Part shown: positions 53,397 through 62,265 of the stretch, in pieces
Position numbering within the stretch: position 1 is the first letter of the stretch
Layout: each line of letters begins with the position of its first letter
NCBI GenBank assembly: GCA_963815115.1
Contig: CAWFFN010000007.1
Coordinates: forward strand, 64,001-128,000
Direction of reading: 5' to 3'
Source of the DNA: an uncultured delta proteobacterium
Lineage (GTDB): Bacteria; Desulfobacterota; Binatia; DP-6
Length of the DNA: 64,000 nt
Translations under genes and position numbers: made by a program
The notes under the pieces: generated by a model
The model's database searches: none
Told to the model about the DNA's origin: nothing
Seen by the model: the letters and a program-made list of their open reading frames with translations, nothing else

Positions 53397-54493
53397 GGAT
53401 CGCGGCCCCCGTCCTCGCGGCGCTCTCGCTCGTCGCGACGCTGCTCGTGCTCGAAGGGACGGTACGGTTGCGTCTCTCGAAGGAGCAGTGGGCCCGGCTG
53501 CCGCACGTCGGCGCGAGCTCCGAGACGCAGCGGCGGCTCGCCTGGACGGAGCGGGATCACGCCAGCGACGGCGCGGCGTGGGAGTTCGACGTGCCGGATC
53601 CCCTGCTCGGGTGGCGGCCGCGTTCCGGCGTGCACGCCCGGAGCGCGCATCCCGGCTCGTACGACGTGATGGTGACCACCGACGCGCAGGGGCTGCGAGG
53701 CGCACGCGACGCGACCCGCAAGAAGACGCCCGGCGTGACGCGGATCGCCGTCTTCGGCTGCTCGCAGACCTTTGGCAGCGGGGTGGCGGACGACGAGACC
53801 TTCAGCGCCCGTCTCGAAGCGGGGCTTGCGGGCGTCGAGGTGCTCAACTTCGGCGTGCACGGCTACGGCACCGATCAGATGCTGCTGCGCTACGAGCACG
53901 AGGGAGCGGGCTACGATCCCGACATCATCGTGCTCGCCTTCGCGTACTACCACCTCGACCGCAACGTGACCGGGTTCCGCTTCTACGCCAAGCCGTACTT
54001 CGTGCTGGAGCGCGGCGGCCTGCTGCGCCTGATGGGCGTTCCGGTTCCGCCACCCGACGTCGTGGCGCGCGACGGCCTCCTCGCGCCGCCGTTGCCGCTG
54101 GCCGACCACAGCGTCCTCGCGCGCTGGCTCTGGGGACGCGAGCTGCGGCGCCGGGACGAGGCGCTCTACTACGATGGCACGCCGGCCTGGGACGTCACCC
54201 GCGCGCTCGTCGCGCGCTTCGCCGCCGAGGCGCACGACCGCGGCGCCCGCATGATCCTGCTCAACATCGACGAGGACGCGCCGTGGCTCACCGAGCCGCT
54301 GGTCCGCCTCACCCAGGACACCGGCATCGACTGGGCGGACGCCGCACCCAGACTCGGCGCGCTCCGGGGCCAGGGGGTTCGGCTCCGCCTGCGGGCCGAC
54401 CCGCACTGGAACCCGCAAGGGCATGCGGTGATCGCGGACGTGCTGCGCGAGCGGCTGTGCGCGCCGCCGGCGCTGCCCGGGTGCGGCGGCTAA
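53393..54493 (+). CDS. Membrane-anchored SGNH/GDSL hydrolase-like protein
   Basis: N-terminal TM, DPLLGW, FGCSQTFG (block I), NFGVHGYG (block II), DPHWN..GH (block V). Confidence 0.75.
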   Translation: MRIAAPVLAALSLVATLLVLEGTVRLRLSKEQWARLPHVGASSETQRRLAWTERDHASDGAAWEFDVPDPLLGWRPRSGVHARSAHPGSYDVMVTTDAQGLRGARDATRKKTPGVTRIAVFGCSQTFGSGVADDETFSARLEAGLAGVEVLNFGVHGYGTDQMLLRYEHEGAGYDPDIIVLAFAYYHLDRNVTGFRFYAKPYFVLERGGLLRLMGVPVPPPDVVARDGLLAPPLPLADHSVLARWLWGRELRRRDEALYYDGTPAWDVTRALVARFAAEAHDRGARMILLNIDEDAPWLTEPLVRLTQDTGIDWADAAPRLGALRGQGVRLRLRADPHWNPQGHAVIADVLRERLCAPPALPGCGG

Positions 54494-54519
54494 ACCCGGC
54501 GGCGCCGTGCCAGCCGAGG

Positions 54520-54690
54520 CTGCCCCGCTTCATCGAGCGCGGGTTCCGCGACTTCCTCGGGTGTGGCCAGCTCGAGCGGGGCTTCGCCCGGCTGAGGATC
54601 GCCGGCGCCTCGAACGTCTGTGTCGCTACCTGCTGCGGCCCCTATCGCCCAGGAGCGCCTGACGCTGCGGCCCGACGGCGGGGGCGTCGT
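54520..54690 (+). mobile_element. Internally deleted IS91-family (rolling-circle) transposase remnant
   Basis: LPRFIERGFRDFLGCGQLERGFARLR (N-terminal Zn-domain-like motif) fused to DRRRLERLCRYLLRP / IAQERLTLRPDG (catalytic Tyr region) across frameshifts. Confidence 0.75.
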
Positions 54691-55466
54691 CACGACGCGT
54701 GGCGGGCGGCGGTGGCCCCCGCCGCGCACTCGCTCGAGTTGAAGCAGGCGTCGGCGCACTGAGCGGCCGTATCGGCGCAGCCGTATTCCGCGGTCTCGAG
54801 CAGCGTGACGCAGACGAGCTTGTCCCCCGAGCACTTCGGGAGCGCCGCCAGCGCGTTGAGCGCGCACCGCCATTGCGGACCGAGGCAGGCGACGTTGCAG
54901 AGCGCACACGCCGGGAGCAGTCCCGCGGCGGTGCCGTCGAGCGGGTCGTTCAGGCATGGGCTCTTGAGCGTCTGCTTCGTGAGGCGCCGGAGCGCGCCCT
55001 TGACGGAGGCTTTCAGCTTGACGGCGGGGGCCTTCTGGCCGTCCGCGAAGACGAGCGTGGCGAGCCCGGCTTTCTGGAACGGCACGACGTCGCGACCGTC
55101 GACGGCGCCGCTGAACGTCACGCCGTCGGTGCTCGCGACGTCGGCCTTCTGCACGCCGCGAAACCCGGAGCCGGCTTCGAGATCGACGGTGAGACCGCCG
55201 GCGCCGGAGGCCGAATCGAGCGTCAGGAGCGCCTGCGGCCCCTTCTTCAGGGTTACAGTGCTCGTCGGCTGAGCCGCCTGGCTTGCCGCGGTCACGAACT
55301 CGAGCGTCACCCCGTTCGCGGGCCGTCCGACCCGCGCCGTGAATTCGGCCGCCACGCGAGTCGAGACGCCCACGCTGCAGTGCGACACGTGAAGAGGCGC
55401 CGCCCCGGCGACGCCTGCGAGACCGATGATCGGGAGAACCGCCAGGAGGATGGGTACGAGTCTCAC
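54690..55466 (-). CDS. Secreted protein with Cys-rich C-terminus
   Basis: Signal peptide MRLVPILLAVL..AGAA; about 11 Cys in the last 75 aa. Confidence 0.65.
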   Translation of the reverse strand: MRLVPILLAVLPIIGLAGVAGAAPLHVSHCSVGVSTRVAAEFTARVGRPANGVTLEFVTAASQAAQPTSTVTLKKGPQALLTLDSASGAGGLTVDLEAGSGFRGVQKADVASTDGVTFSGAVDGRDVVPFQKAGLATLVFADGQKAPAVKLKASVKGALRRLTKQTLKSPCLNDPLDGTAAGLLPACALCNVACLGPQWRCALNALAALPKCSGDKLVCVTLLETAEYGCADTAAQCADACFNSSECAAGATAARHAS

Positions 55467-55796
55467 TTAGGAACTCCTACAGTTGGATGCGCGATGGACG
55501 GAGCCCATCCCCGTCCCTGGGGTTGGATACCGCCCTGGCGACCTCGCGGGCAAGGCTTTCTGCCGTCGGGACGCCACACGGGCGTCCGGACGTCTCCGAG
55601 CGCCGTCCGGCCCGACTGCGGCACCTCGAGGACGCACTCCGGGACGCAGCTCGGACCCCGGCTGCCGCGTCTCTTCATTACGCCGAAGTGGCCGTCAGCC
55701 GTCTTATTGACTTCCAACGATCGACTGCTTTCCGAGATGCCGCCGCTGGTAGTCTGGCAGACGGCGTCGGCGGAGGGGTCGAGTGATGAACAGCCA

Positions 55797-55837
55797 TTGA
55801 CAGATTCCTGATCGATCGAACAGAGTTGTCGTTCGAT
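55797..55837 (+). promoter_or_regulatory. Putative promoter/operator of the hydrolase pair
   Basis: TTGACA, central GATCGATC palindrome, and ATCGAAC-N9-GTTCGAT inverted repeat overlapping the ATG. Confidence 0.45.
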
Positions 55838-56789
55838 GGCCAACCACCGCGCTCGCTTCGGACCGCACAATCCCGGCGAGACCTACGTCGCCCACGTGAT
55901 CGCGGAGCAGCTGGTCGACCTCGGCGAGATCCAGATGAACTACGCGACCGTGGGCGATGCTGCGTCGCCGGCGCTGCTTCTCATCCCGGGCCAGACCGAG
56001 TCGTGGTGGGGCTACGAGGCGGCGATGCCGCTGCTCGCCGACCGCTTCCAGGTGTTCGCCGTCGATCTCCGGGGCCAGGGCCGCAGCACGCGCACGCCTG
56101 GCCGCTACACGCTCGACAACATGGGCAACGATCTGGTCCGTTTCCTCGACCTCGTGATCGGGCGACCGGCGATCGTGAGCGGCCTGTCCTCGGGCGGCGT
56201 CCTCGCCGCCTGGCTGTCGGCGTACGCCAAGCCCGGTCAGGTGCTCGCGGCGCTCTGCGAGGACCCGCCGCTGTTCGCGTCGGAGGTGCGGCCGGCCGTC
56301 GCTCCCGGCATCCGCCAGTGTATCGGCCCGTTGTTCGACCTCTGGAGCAGCTTCCTGGGCGACCAGTGGTCGATCGGAGCCTGGGACGCGATGCGCGAAG
56401 GATCGGCGACTCGACTGCCGGAGCACCTGCGGTTCATCCCGGTGCCCGACGAGCCGCCCCAGAACTTGAAGGAGTACGACCCCGAGTGGGGCCGGTCGTT
56501 CTGGACCGGGACGGTCGGCGCCGCGTGCGACCACGAGCGGATGCTGCGCAGCGCCAAGGTCCCCTCGGTGCTGCTGACGCACCACATGCGCATCACCGAC
56601 GATGCCAGCGGCTTCCTGTTCGGTGCGATGTCCGACCAGCAGGCCCAGCGGGTGCAGGACCTCCTCACCGGCGCGGGCGTCGACGTGCAGTACCGGTCGT
56701 TCCCCGACGTCGGCCACTCGATGCACGGCGACAGGCCCGACCTCTACGTCGAGACCCTCTTCGACTGGGTCACGAGCATCACGGCGTGA
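55836..56789 (+). CDS. Alpha/beta hydrolase (serine esterase/lactonase-like)
   Basis: LLLIPGQ, VDLRGQGRS, GLSSGG nucleophile elbow, GHSMH. Confidence 0.88.
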   Translation: MANHRARFGPHNPGETYVAHVIAEQLVDLGEIQMNYATVGDAASPALLLIPGQTESWWGYEAAMPLLADRFQVFAVDLRGQGRSTRTPGRYTLDNMGNDLVRFLDLVIGRPAIVSGLSSGGVLAAWLSAYAKPGQVLAALCEDPPLFASEVRPAVAPGIRQCIGPLFDLWSSFLGDQWSIGAWDAMREGSATRLPEHLRFIPVPDEPPQNLKEYDPEWGRSFWTGTVGAACDHERMLRSAKVPSVLLTHHMRITDDASGFLFGAMSDQQAQRVQDLLTGAGVDVQYRSFPDVGHSMHGDRPDLYVETLFDWVTSITA

Positions 56790-57739
56790 GCGCATCCCGC
56801 ACGATCGACGTGCACGCCCACTACGTCCCGGCGAGCTACCGGGCGGCGCTGCTGGACACCGGCCACGGCGAACCCGACGGCTTCCCCCGGATCCCGGACT
56901 GGTCCGCCGAGGAGCACGTTGCCGCGATGGACCGGCTCGGAATCGCGACGTCGCTGCTGTCGATCTCGTCACCTGGCGTGCACCTCGCCGACGAACAAGC
57001 GGCGCGGGACCTCGCCCGCGAGGTGAACGAGGCCGGCCGACGAGCCGTCGTCGACCATCCCGGACGGTTCGGCCTGTTCGCCTCGCTCCCCCTGCCCGAC
57101 GTCGATGCGGCCATCGCCGAGATCGCGCACTGCTGCGACCGGCTCGACGTCGCCGGCTTCGCGCTGCTCACCAACATCGGGGGGACGTACCTGGGCGACC
57201 CCGCGTTCCAACCGGTCTTCGGCGAGCTCGACCGGCGCGGCGCCCGGCTGTTCATCCACCCGACCTCGCCGGCGTGCTGGGAGCACACCTCGCTCGGGCG
57301 TCCCCGACCGATGCTCGAGTTCTTCTTCGACACCACCCGTGCCGTGGTCGACCTGGTGCTCAACGGCACCGTCGCCAGGCATCCGGGAGTCGAGTTCATC
57401 ATCCCGCACGCCGGAGCGACGCTGCCGATGGTCGCCGACCGGGTCAGCGTCTTCTCCCAGCTGCTCGGCGTCGACCCCGCGGTGGACGTGCTCCGCGACC
57501 TGGGCCGACTCCACTTCGACCTCGCCGGCTTCCCGGTTCCCCGCCAGCTCGACGCGCTCCTCACGCTCACCACGATCGAGCACCTGCACTACGGGAGCGA
57601 CTATCCCTTCACCCCGGAGTTCGCCGCCGCCATGGCGAGTGAACGACTCGCCGAGCGGGGCGACCCGCCGGGTTCGCTGCTGGCCGCGCTCCGCGCCAAC
57701 ACCGATCGCCTCTTCCCCGCGTTCACTGACCGGCGCTGA
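56786..57739 (+). CDS. Amidohydrolase-2 family protein (6-methylsalicylate/aromatic acid decarboxylase-like)
   Basis: IDVHAH, FASLPLP, YLGDP, FIHP, DTTRA, PHAGA, YGSDYPF; GTGA overlap with the upstream gene. Confidence 0.85.
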   Translation: MSASRTIDVHAHYVPASYRAALLDTGHGEPDGFPRIPDWSAEEHVAAMDRLGIATSLLSISSPGVHLADEQAARDLAREVNEAGRRAVVDHPGRFGLFASLPLPDVDAAIAEIAHCCDRLDVAGFALLTNIGGTYLGDPAFQPVFGELDRRGARLFIHPTSPACWEHTSLGRPRPMLEFFFDTTRAVVDLVLNGTVARHPGVEFIIPHAGATLPMVADRVSVFSQLLGVDPAVDVLRDLGRLHFDLAGFPVPRQLDALLTLTTIEHLHYGSDYPFTPEFAAAMASERLAERGDPPGSLLAALRANTDRLFPAFTDRR

Positions 57740-57771
57740 CCAGCGACAGACGACGAAACTCGCCCTGGCGT

Positions 57772-58956
57772 TCAGAACCTCGCGGGACGGTCCGGCGTCA
57801 GGTATTCCGTGATCGCCGTGAACAGCCGCTCGCTGTAGTTCGTCGTGGTGGCCGCCGCCCGCTGCCCTTTCGTGACGGTGAGCGCGACCGAGATCCGTCT
57901 CGACGGCAGATAGGCCTGGATCGCGGTGTAGCCTTGCATCTCGGGGTTCTGAATCTCCCAGGTGTTCACGATCACGATGCCGAGCCCGTAGTAGAGGCTC
58001 TGGCTGAACCCCGGGAGCCCCGCCGTCGTCGGGGCGATGCGCTCGCGCGCGGCCGCCTTGGAGATCAACGCTCCCCTCCCGAACGCCTGCGCCGACTTGA
58101 GCACGTCGCCGATCGTCGACGTCATGATCATGCTCTCGGCGATCGACCAGGAAGGGCTCCAGAAGGTCGAATCCTCGTAGGGACCGCGGTCGGCAGTGTA
58201 CGCGTGCAGAACCGGCGGCGGGATGTCGGGCAGTGAGGAGATCCTCGTGTTGCGCAAGCCGAGCGGGCGAAGGACGCGCTTGCGGAGCAGCTCCGCCACC
58301 GGCTTGCCGGTGACGGCCTCGATCACGTTGCCGAGGATGATGAAGTTCGTGTGGGCGTAGTGAAAGCATGTCCCCGGGTCGCAGATGCGCGGGCGCGCCA
58401 GCGCGATCTCCAGCAGCTCCCGCGTCTGCCACTGGCGGAAGACGTTCGCGTACCAGTCTTTGACCCAGGCGGGGTCCTCCTGGATCCAGTCGGCGTAGCC
58501 GGAGGTCGCGGTGGCGAGCATCCTCAGAGTCACGCGATCGGCGTCGGGGAGGGCGGGAAACCAGGTGGACAGGCGGTCGTCGAGGGACAGCCGTCCGTCG
58601 TCCTGAAGCTGGAGCAGGAGGTCGATGACGTAGGGGATCGCGACCGAGCCGATGCGGAAGTTCATGCGAAGGTTCGCGGGCACCCCGTCCATCGACTCCC
58701 CCGCAGAGACGCGCGCGATCGAACGGTCGCCCAGGCTGACCCGGACGAGGGCCGCGCGCAGGTCGTCGTCCTGGACCGACCGCTCCACGATCGCCCGGAT
58801 CTCGCGGCCCGCGGCGGCGAGGCTCGTACAGCCCGACGCCGTCCGGATTCTCTCGCGCGGACAGGGCGTGACGCCGTCACCCGCGGCCGCAAAGCCGGAC
58901 GCGAGCAGGGCCGCGCAGACCGCTCCGGAAACCGCGAGGCTCCGAGATACCTTCAC
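57772..58956 (-). CDS. Secreted serine hydrolase (beta-lactamase-like family) with atypical SxxK
   Basis: Signal peptide, FRIGSVAI, LSLDD, TLRML..TSG, FHYAHTNF, RPLGL, YGLG. Confidence 0.8.
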   Translation of the reverse strand: MKVSRSLAVSGAVCAALLASGFAAAGDGVTPCPRERIRTASGCTSLAAAGREIRAIVERSVQDDDLRAALVRVSLGDRSIARVSAGESMDGVPANLRMNFRIGSVAIPYVIDLLLQLQDDGRLSLDDRLSTWFPALPDADRVTLRMLATATSGYADWIQEDPAWVKDWYANVFRQWQTRELLEIALARPRICDPGTCFHYAHTNFIILGNVIEAVTGKPVAELLRKRVLRPLGLRNTRISSLPDIPPPVLHAYTADRGPYEDSTFWSPSWSIAESMIMTSTIGDVLKSAQAFGRGALISKAAARERIAPTTAGLPGFSQSLYYGLGIVIVNTWEIQNPEMQGYTAIQAYLPSRRISVALTVTKGQRAAATTTNYSERLFTAITEYLTPDRPARF

Positions 58957-59160
58957 CCCTCCCACCGAGCGTGCTCTGGTCACGAGGAACACATATCGCC
59001 TTTGCTCGAAAATCTCGCCGCGGCGTAGCTGCGCGACTTCGGGCTGATGCGCGGTGCACTCACCCTCGCCCGAGTCGGGTCCGAGTTCGACCCACCTGGC
59101 GGCGCGCTGCACGCCGCCGACCAGTGGCACACGCGAGAGGGGTGAGGTGCTCGAGCAGCG

Positions 59161-59601
59161 TCACCCCCGCGTGCCCGCTTCCAGGGCGGCGAGTCGCTTC
59201 TTCAGCGCACGCTCCTCTTCCCAGCGCGCGGTGACGTCTCGGATGATTGCCGCCGGACCGAGCAGTGTACCGTCCGGGTCGTGGAGCAGTGCGATGGTGA
59301 ACTCGACGGAGATCGACGTCCCGTCCTTCCGCACGGCCGGCACCGCGAGCACCCGGCGTCCATACCGAGTCGTTCCCGTCGCCATGGATTCTCGGTAGCC
59401 ACTCCAGTGCCGCTGCCGGAGACGCTCCGGGATGATCAGATCCAGCGTGCGACCGAGCGCTTCATCGACGCGATAGCCGAAGAGGACCTCGGCGCCCGGG
59501 TTCCACAGTCGGATGATTCCGTCGCGATCCGCCAGGATGATCGCGTCGCATGCCTCCCGCACGATCTCCCGGCACAGCCACTCGTGTGTATCCCCTGCCA
59601 T
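59161..59601 (-). CDS. Stand-alone PAS domain protein
   Basis: DAIILADRDGIIRLWNPGAE.LFGY, LDLIIPERLRQRHW.GY, KDG, AAIIRDVT. Confidence 0.88.
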   Translation of the reverse strand: MAGDTHEWLCREIVREACDAIILADRDGIIRLWNPGAEVLFGYRVDEALGRTLDLIIPERLRQRHWSGYRESMATGTTRYGRRVLAVPAVRKDGTSISVEFTIALLHDPDGTLLGPAAIIRDVTARWEEERALKKRLAALEAGTRG

Positions 59602-59849
59602 TCGTTCCCCCTCGTCCCTGGTGACCGAACCCGTGACCTCGATGACCCCTCGTTGCAAGCCGGCCGGATGGAGGGTTCCGGCAGGCGCTGCGAGGTTGAC
59701 CGAAAAGTTGCGCTCCGCGACATGGAACGGCATCGTCAGGGCATGCCGGGTTCCTGCCAGCCGACCGGGTAGCGCCCCGTCTGGCGAATCTTGCGTTTGC
59801 GGCCGCGCCGCCGCGTGGTGGCCGTCGTGTCCCGGGGGGGGAGGACACG

Positions 59850-60175
59850 ATGCGCACCTTCATGATCACTCTGCTGGCCGCCGCCGTGCTGGCCGGCGTG
59901 CCGGCGCGGGCCTCGGCGCAGTGCACCACCGACGACGACGCCAACGCCGCGCGCAAGACGCTGAAGGAGTCCGCCACGATCCCGGCAACCCGGCGACGCT
60001 CTTCGAGACCGAGCTGTACGACCTGATCGCCGACCCGTACGAGCTGACCAACGTGGCGAGCGATCCCGCGAACGCGACCCGGGTCGCGACCATGGCGGCG
60101 CGGCTGCGCCAGCTGCGGCCGAACTGGCCGATCGACTCCGACCCGAACGGCCCCGATCCGGACGAGGACGAGTGA
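59850..60175 (+). pseudogene. Internally deleted secreted sulfatase-like gene (N-terminus fused out of frame to C-terminus)
   Basis: GGAGG SD and signal peptide MRTFMITLLAAAVLAGVPARASAQC; about 120 nt later a different frame gives ELYDLIADPYELTNVA (sulfatase C-terminal motif) to TGA. Confidence 0.65.
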
Positions 60176-60199
60176 CGTGAAGCGAGACGGCGGGGCGGC

Positions 60200-60365
60200 T
60201 CCCCCCGCCGTCTGGCCTTCCAGATCTGCTCGCACGGCCAGCGCCGGGCCCAGTCGAGCGAGACGAAGGGGAGAGCGCGAGGTGGCGTCCGCCGGCGGGC
60301 GCCCCTCGACGAGGGCTTCGATCTCGAAGCCGTTCGCGTGCAGGAGGCGAATCCATTCGCCGAGG
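60200..60365 (-). pseudogene. C-terminal fragment of a class I SAM methyltransferase
   Basis: GEWIRLLHANGFEIEALVE.RPPADATS, then frameshift to PFVSLDWARRWPCEQIWKARR. Confidence 0.55.
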
Positions 60366-60399
60366 GAGTTGTAGGTATCGGAGGTATTGGCAGACAGCT

Positions 60400-60600
60400 C
60401 CACGGGGGGAACCTGACCGGGGGGCTCGAGCAGTCGGACTCAACCTCCTCCGCGTGCCGCCATGGGCCCTGCGGGCCGATGACCTCGGTCTTGTACGGCC
60501 GATCACGGACTCGGCCAGGGCATTACCCTAGGAGTCGCCGCTGCCGACGGAGGGCTCGATGCCTGCTGCCGCGAGCCGTTCGGTGTAGCGGATCGACAGT
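60400..60600 (-). mobile_element. Degenerate IS3-family transposase (OrfB integrase core) fragment
   Basis: LSIRYTERLAAAGIEPSVGSGDS*GNALAESVIG / YKTEVIGPQGPWRHAEEVE / RLLEP; internal stop, frameshift and deletion. Confidence 0.8.
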
Positions 60601-61099
60601 GGCCTCACCGGTCTTCAAGACCGCGAGGTCCCACCTGGTGCGCGATCGAAGGTTCGATCTTCGTCCCGATCGTCACGAGGGATCTCGCGGGCTCGAGGGA
60701 AAGAGCGGGCCGCCGAGAGCGGCCACGAGCAGCAACCAGACGAGTCGAACGAGACGCCTGCGCCGGCTTGCAGAGGCTGGCATCGCCATCTCTACGCGCG
60801 ACCCGCCCGCGCGGATGCATGCGGTTGCCGTGGTTCGGGGAGGAGCCGAGCTGCATCCTCTCTGCCGCGCCTCGAGGGGTGCGGGCGGTCACGGGCCGAG
60901 AGAGCGCCCCGCCCGGGGCGACGGTCGTGCGCGGTCGGAGGCCGTCCTCCGGACTCCTTCGGGGAGCCAGGACCGTCTGTCGCTGGGCGGCCGCGTCCCG
61001 GTCGCGTGCCTCGGCCGGGCGACGCGCCGGGTGCGCGCCGACGGCGAGGAGCGCGCGTGCGCCGCGTCCCAGCATGGTTCAACAGGCTGTCTTCTGAGC

Positions 61100-61519
61100 A
61101 GCTTGACAGACGGGGTGCGAGGCACCTTTCGCACCGACGAGCCGTCCACGGAGATCGTCCGGAAGGCGCTCGTCGACGAGTTCCAGCGCGGGGGACGTCG
61201 GGTCGTCTCGGGAGGAGGCGAGACCGCGGACGTGCCGATGGTCGTGACGCTGCGGCGCTTCTGGGCATCCCCCAGCGTGGGCACGCTCAGCGAGGTGGCG
61301 CAGCTCGACGCGGAGATCCTCCTCGGAACGGTGCCCGACCCCGTCCAGTTCCCCGTCAGCGGGTTCTTCAAGACGACGTTCGAGCGCCGGATCATCGGAA
61401 CGTTCCGGTTCGACCAGGCCGCCGACCTGAACGGAGCGCTCGCCGACTTCGTTCGCAACCTGACCCTCGACCCGCACCTGCGGGCGGCGTTCGAAGCGGG
61501 CACGTCCGCGACGAGATGA
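61100..61519 (+). pseudogene. C-terminal part of a probable lipoprotein-like gene lacking a clear start
   Basis: Protein-like stretch (EIVRKALVDEFQRGG..VTLRRFW..LNGALADFVRNL..DP) with no SD/start found. Confidence 0.35.
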
Positions 61520-61708
61520 GTACCGGCGCGCGGCGCGCCGCTCGGATCGGGTGCCACGTGCGTGGCCCTCTTCGAGCGTCGCCCCACCAGCCCCGTCGGA
61601 TGCTCCGCTACCACCCGGTCGGGCAGCGCCAAGAACCTGCGGGGAACGCTCGCGATCCGGGATACCGACGGCGGCCTCCACACCACCGGCGCCGTCGATC
61701 TGCGATGA
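61520..61708 (+). pseudogene. C-terminal remnant of a small secreted Cys protein (tandem copy A)
   Basis: APLGSGATC..GCSATTRSGSAKNLRGTL..VDLR*, aligning with copy B. Confidence 0.55.
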
Positions 61709-61725
61709 CCACGGAGGGACCGACG

Positions 61726-62125
61726 ACGATCCGCCAGGCCACTGCCACGATGGTATTGCTCCTCCGGTTAGCGCCCCGAGTGGCGGGAGCCGGCGGCAGC
61801 ATCGGGAGCGCCGCGATCTTCGACGGCTCGAATCAGGACATCGCCGCTCGCAGCATCCGGAACGTCGGAACGAGTCCCCTCCTGGTCGTCGCGACCATCT
61901 TCGACGAATCGGGCGACCCGCTCCCTGCCGCCAAGGACAGATGCACTGACAGGCCGATCGTTTCGGGCGGCCAATGCAGGGTGAATGCGCGGATCCCGAC
62001 GGGCGTCGCGTCCGCATGCTCCGCGACGGCTCGTTCCGGCAGCATCAAAAACGCGCGAGAGGACGCTGACGGTCGGCTCTCTCGCCGTCGCCAGCGACCT
62101 CGAGCGCCGCGCCGAGCTTCGCTAG
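61726..62125 (+). pseudogene. Frameshifted small secreted Cys protein (tandem copy B)
   Basis: GGAGG SD, degenerate signal peptide, IRNVGTSP..CTDRPIVSGGQC..CSATARSGSIKNAR / TLTV..AELR*. Confidence 0.55.
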
Positions 62126-62265
62126 GGCGGGCCGCGAGGGCCGAGGAGCTGTATCTCCGTTCCCGAGACCTCGCGCTGCGCCACCGACGGTCGCGCAGGG
62201 CCCGCGAGCCTGGGACGCGTGGGCCGACCTCTGCTCCGAGGCCGGCCATGATCGCGGTCGGGTCC

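Noticed and set aside
55463-55870. 135-aa minus-strand ORF
   Set aside because: Atypical composition, no motifs, overlaps the promoter and start of the hydrolase gene
59130-59160. LLEHLTPLA on the minus strand resembling the Tn3 transposase C-terminus
   Set aside because: Too short, and the following conserved WEHIN motif is absent
60764-60793. RLAEAGIAIS on the plus strand resembling an IS3 motif
   Set aside because: Only 10 aa with no flanking similarity; the opposite strand nearby looks like a signal-peptide remnant instead
61078-61089. TTCAACAGGCTG resembling an IS terminal repeat
   Set aside because: No partner repeat or transposase found
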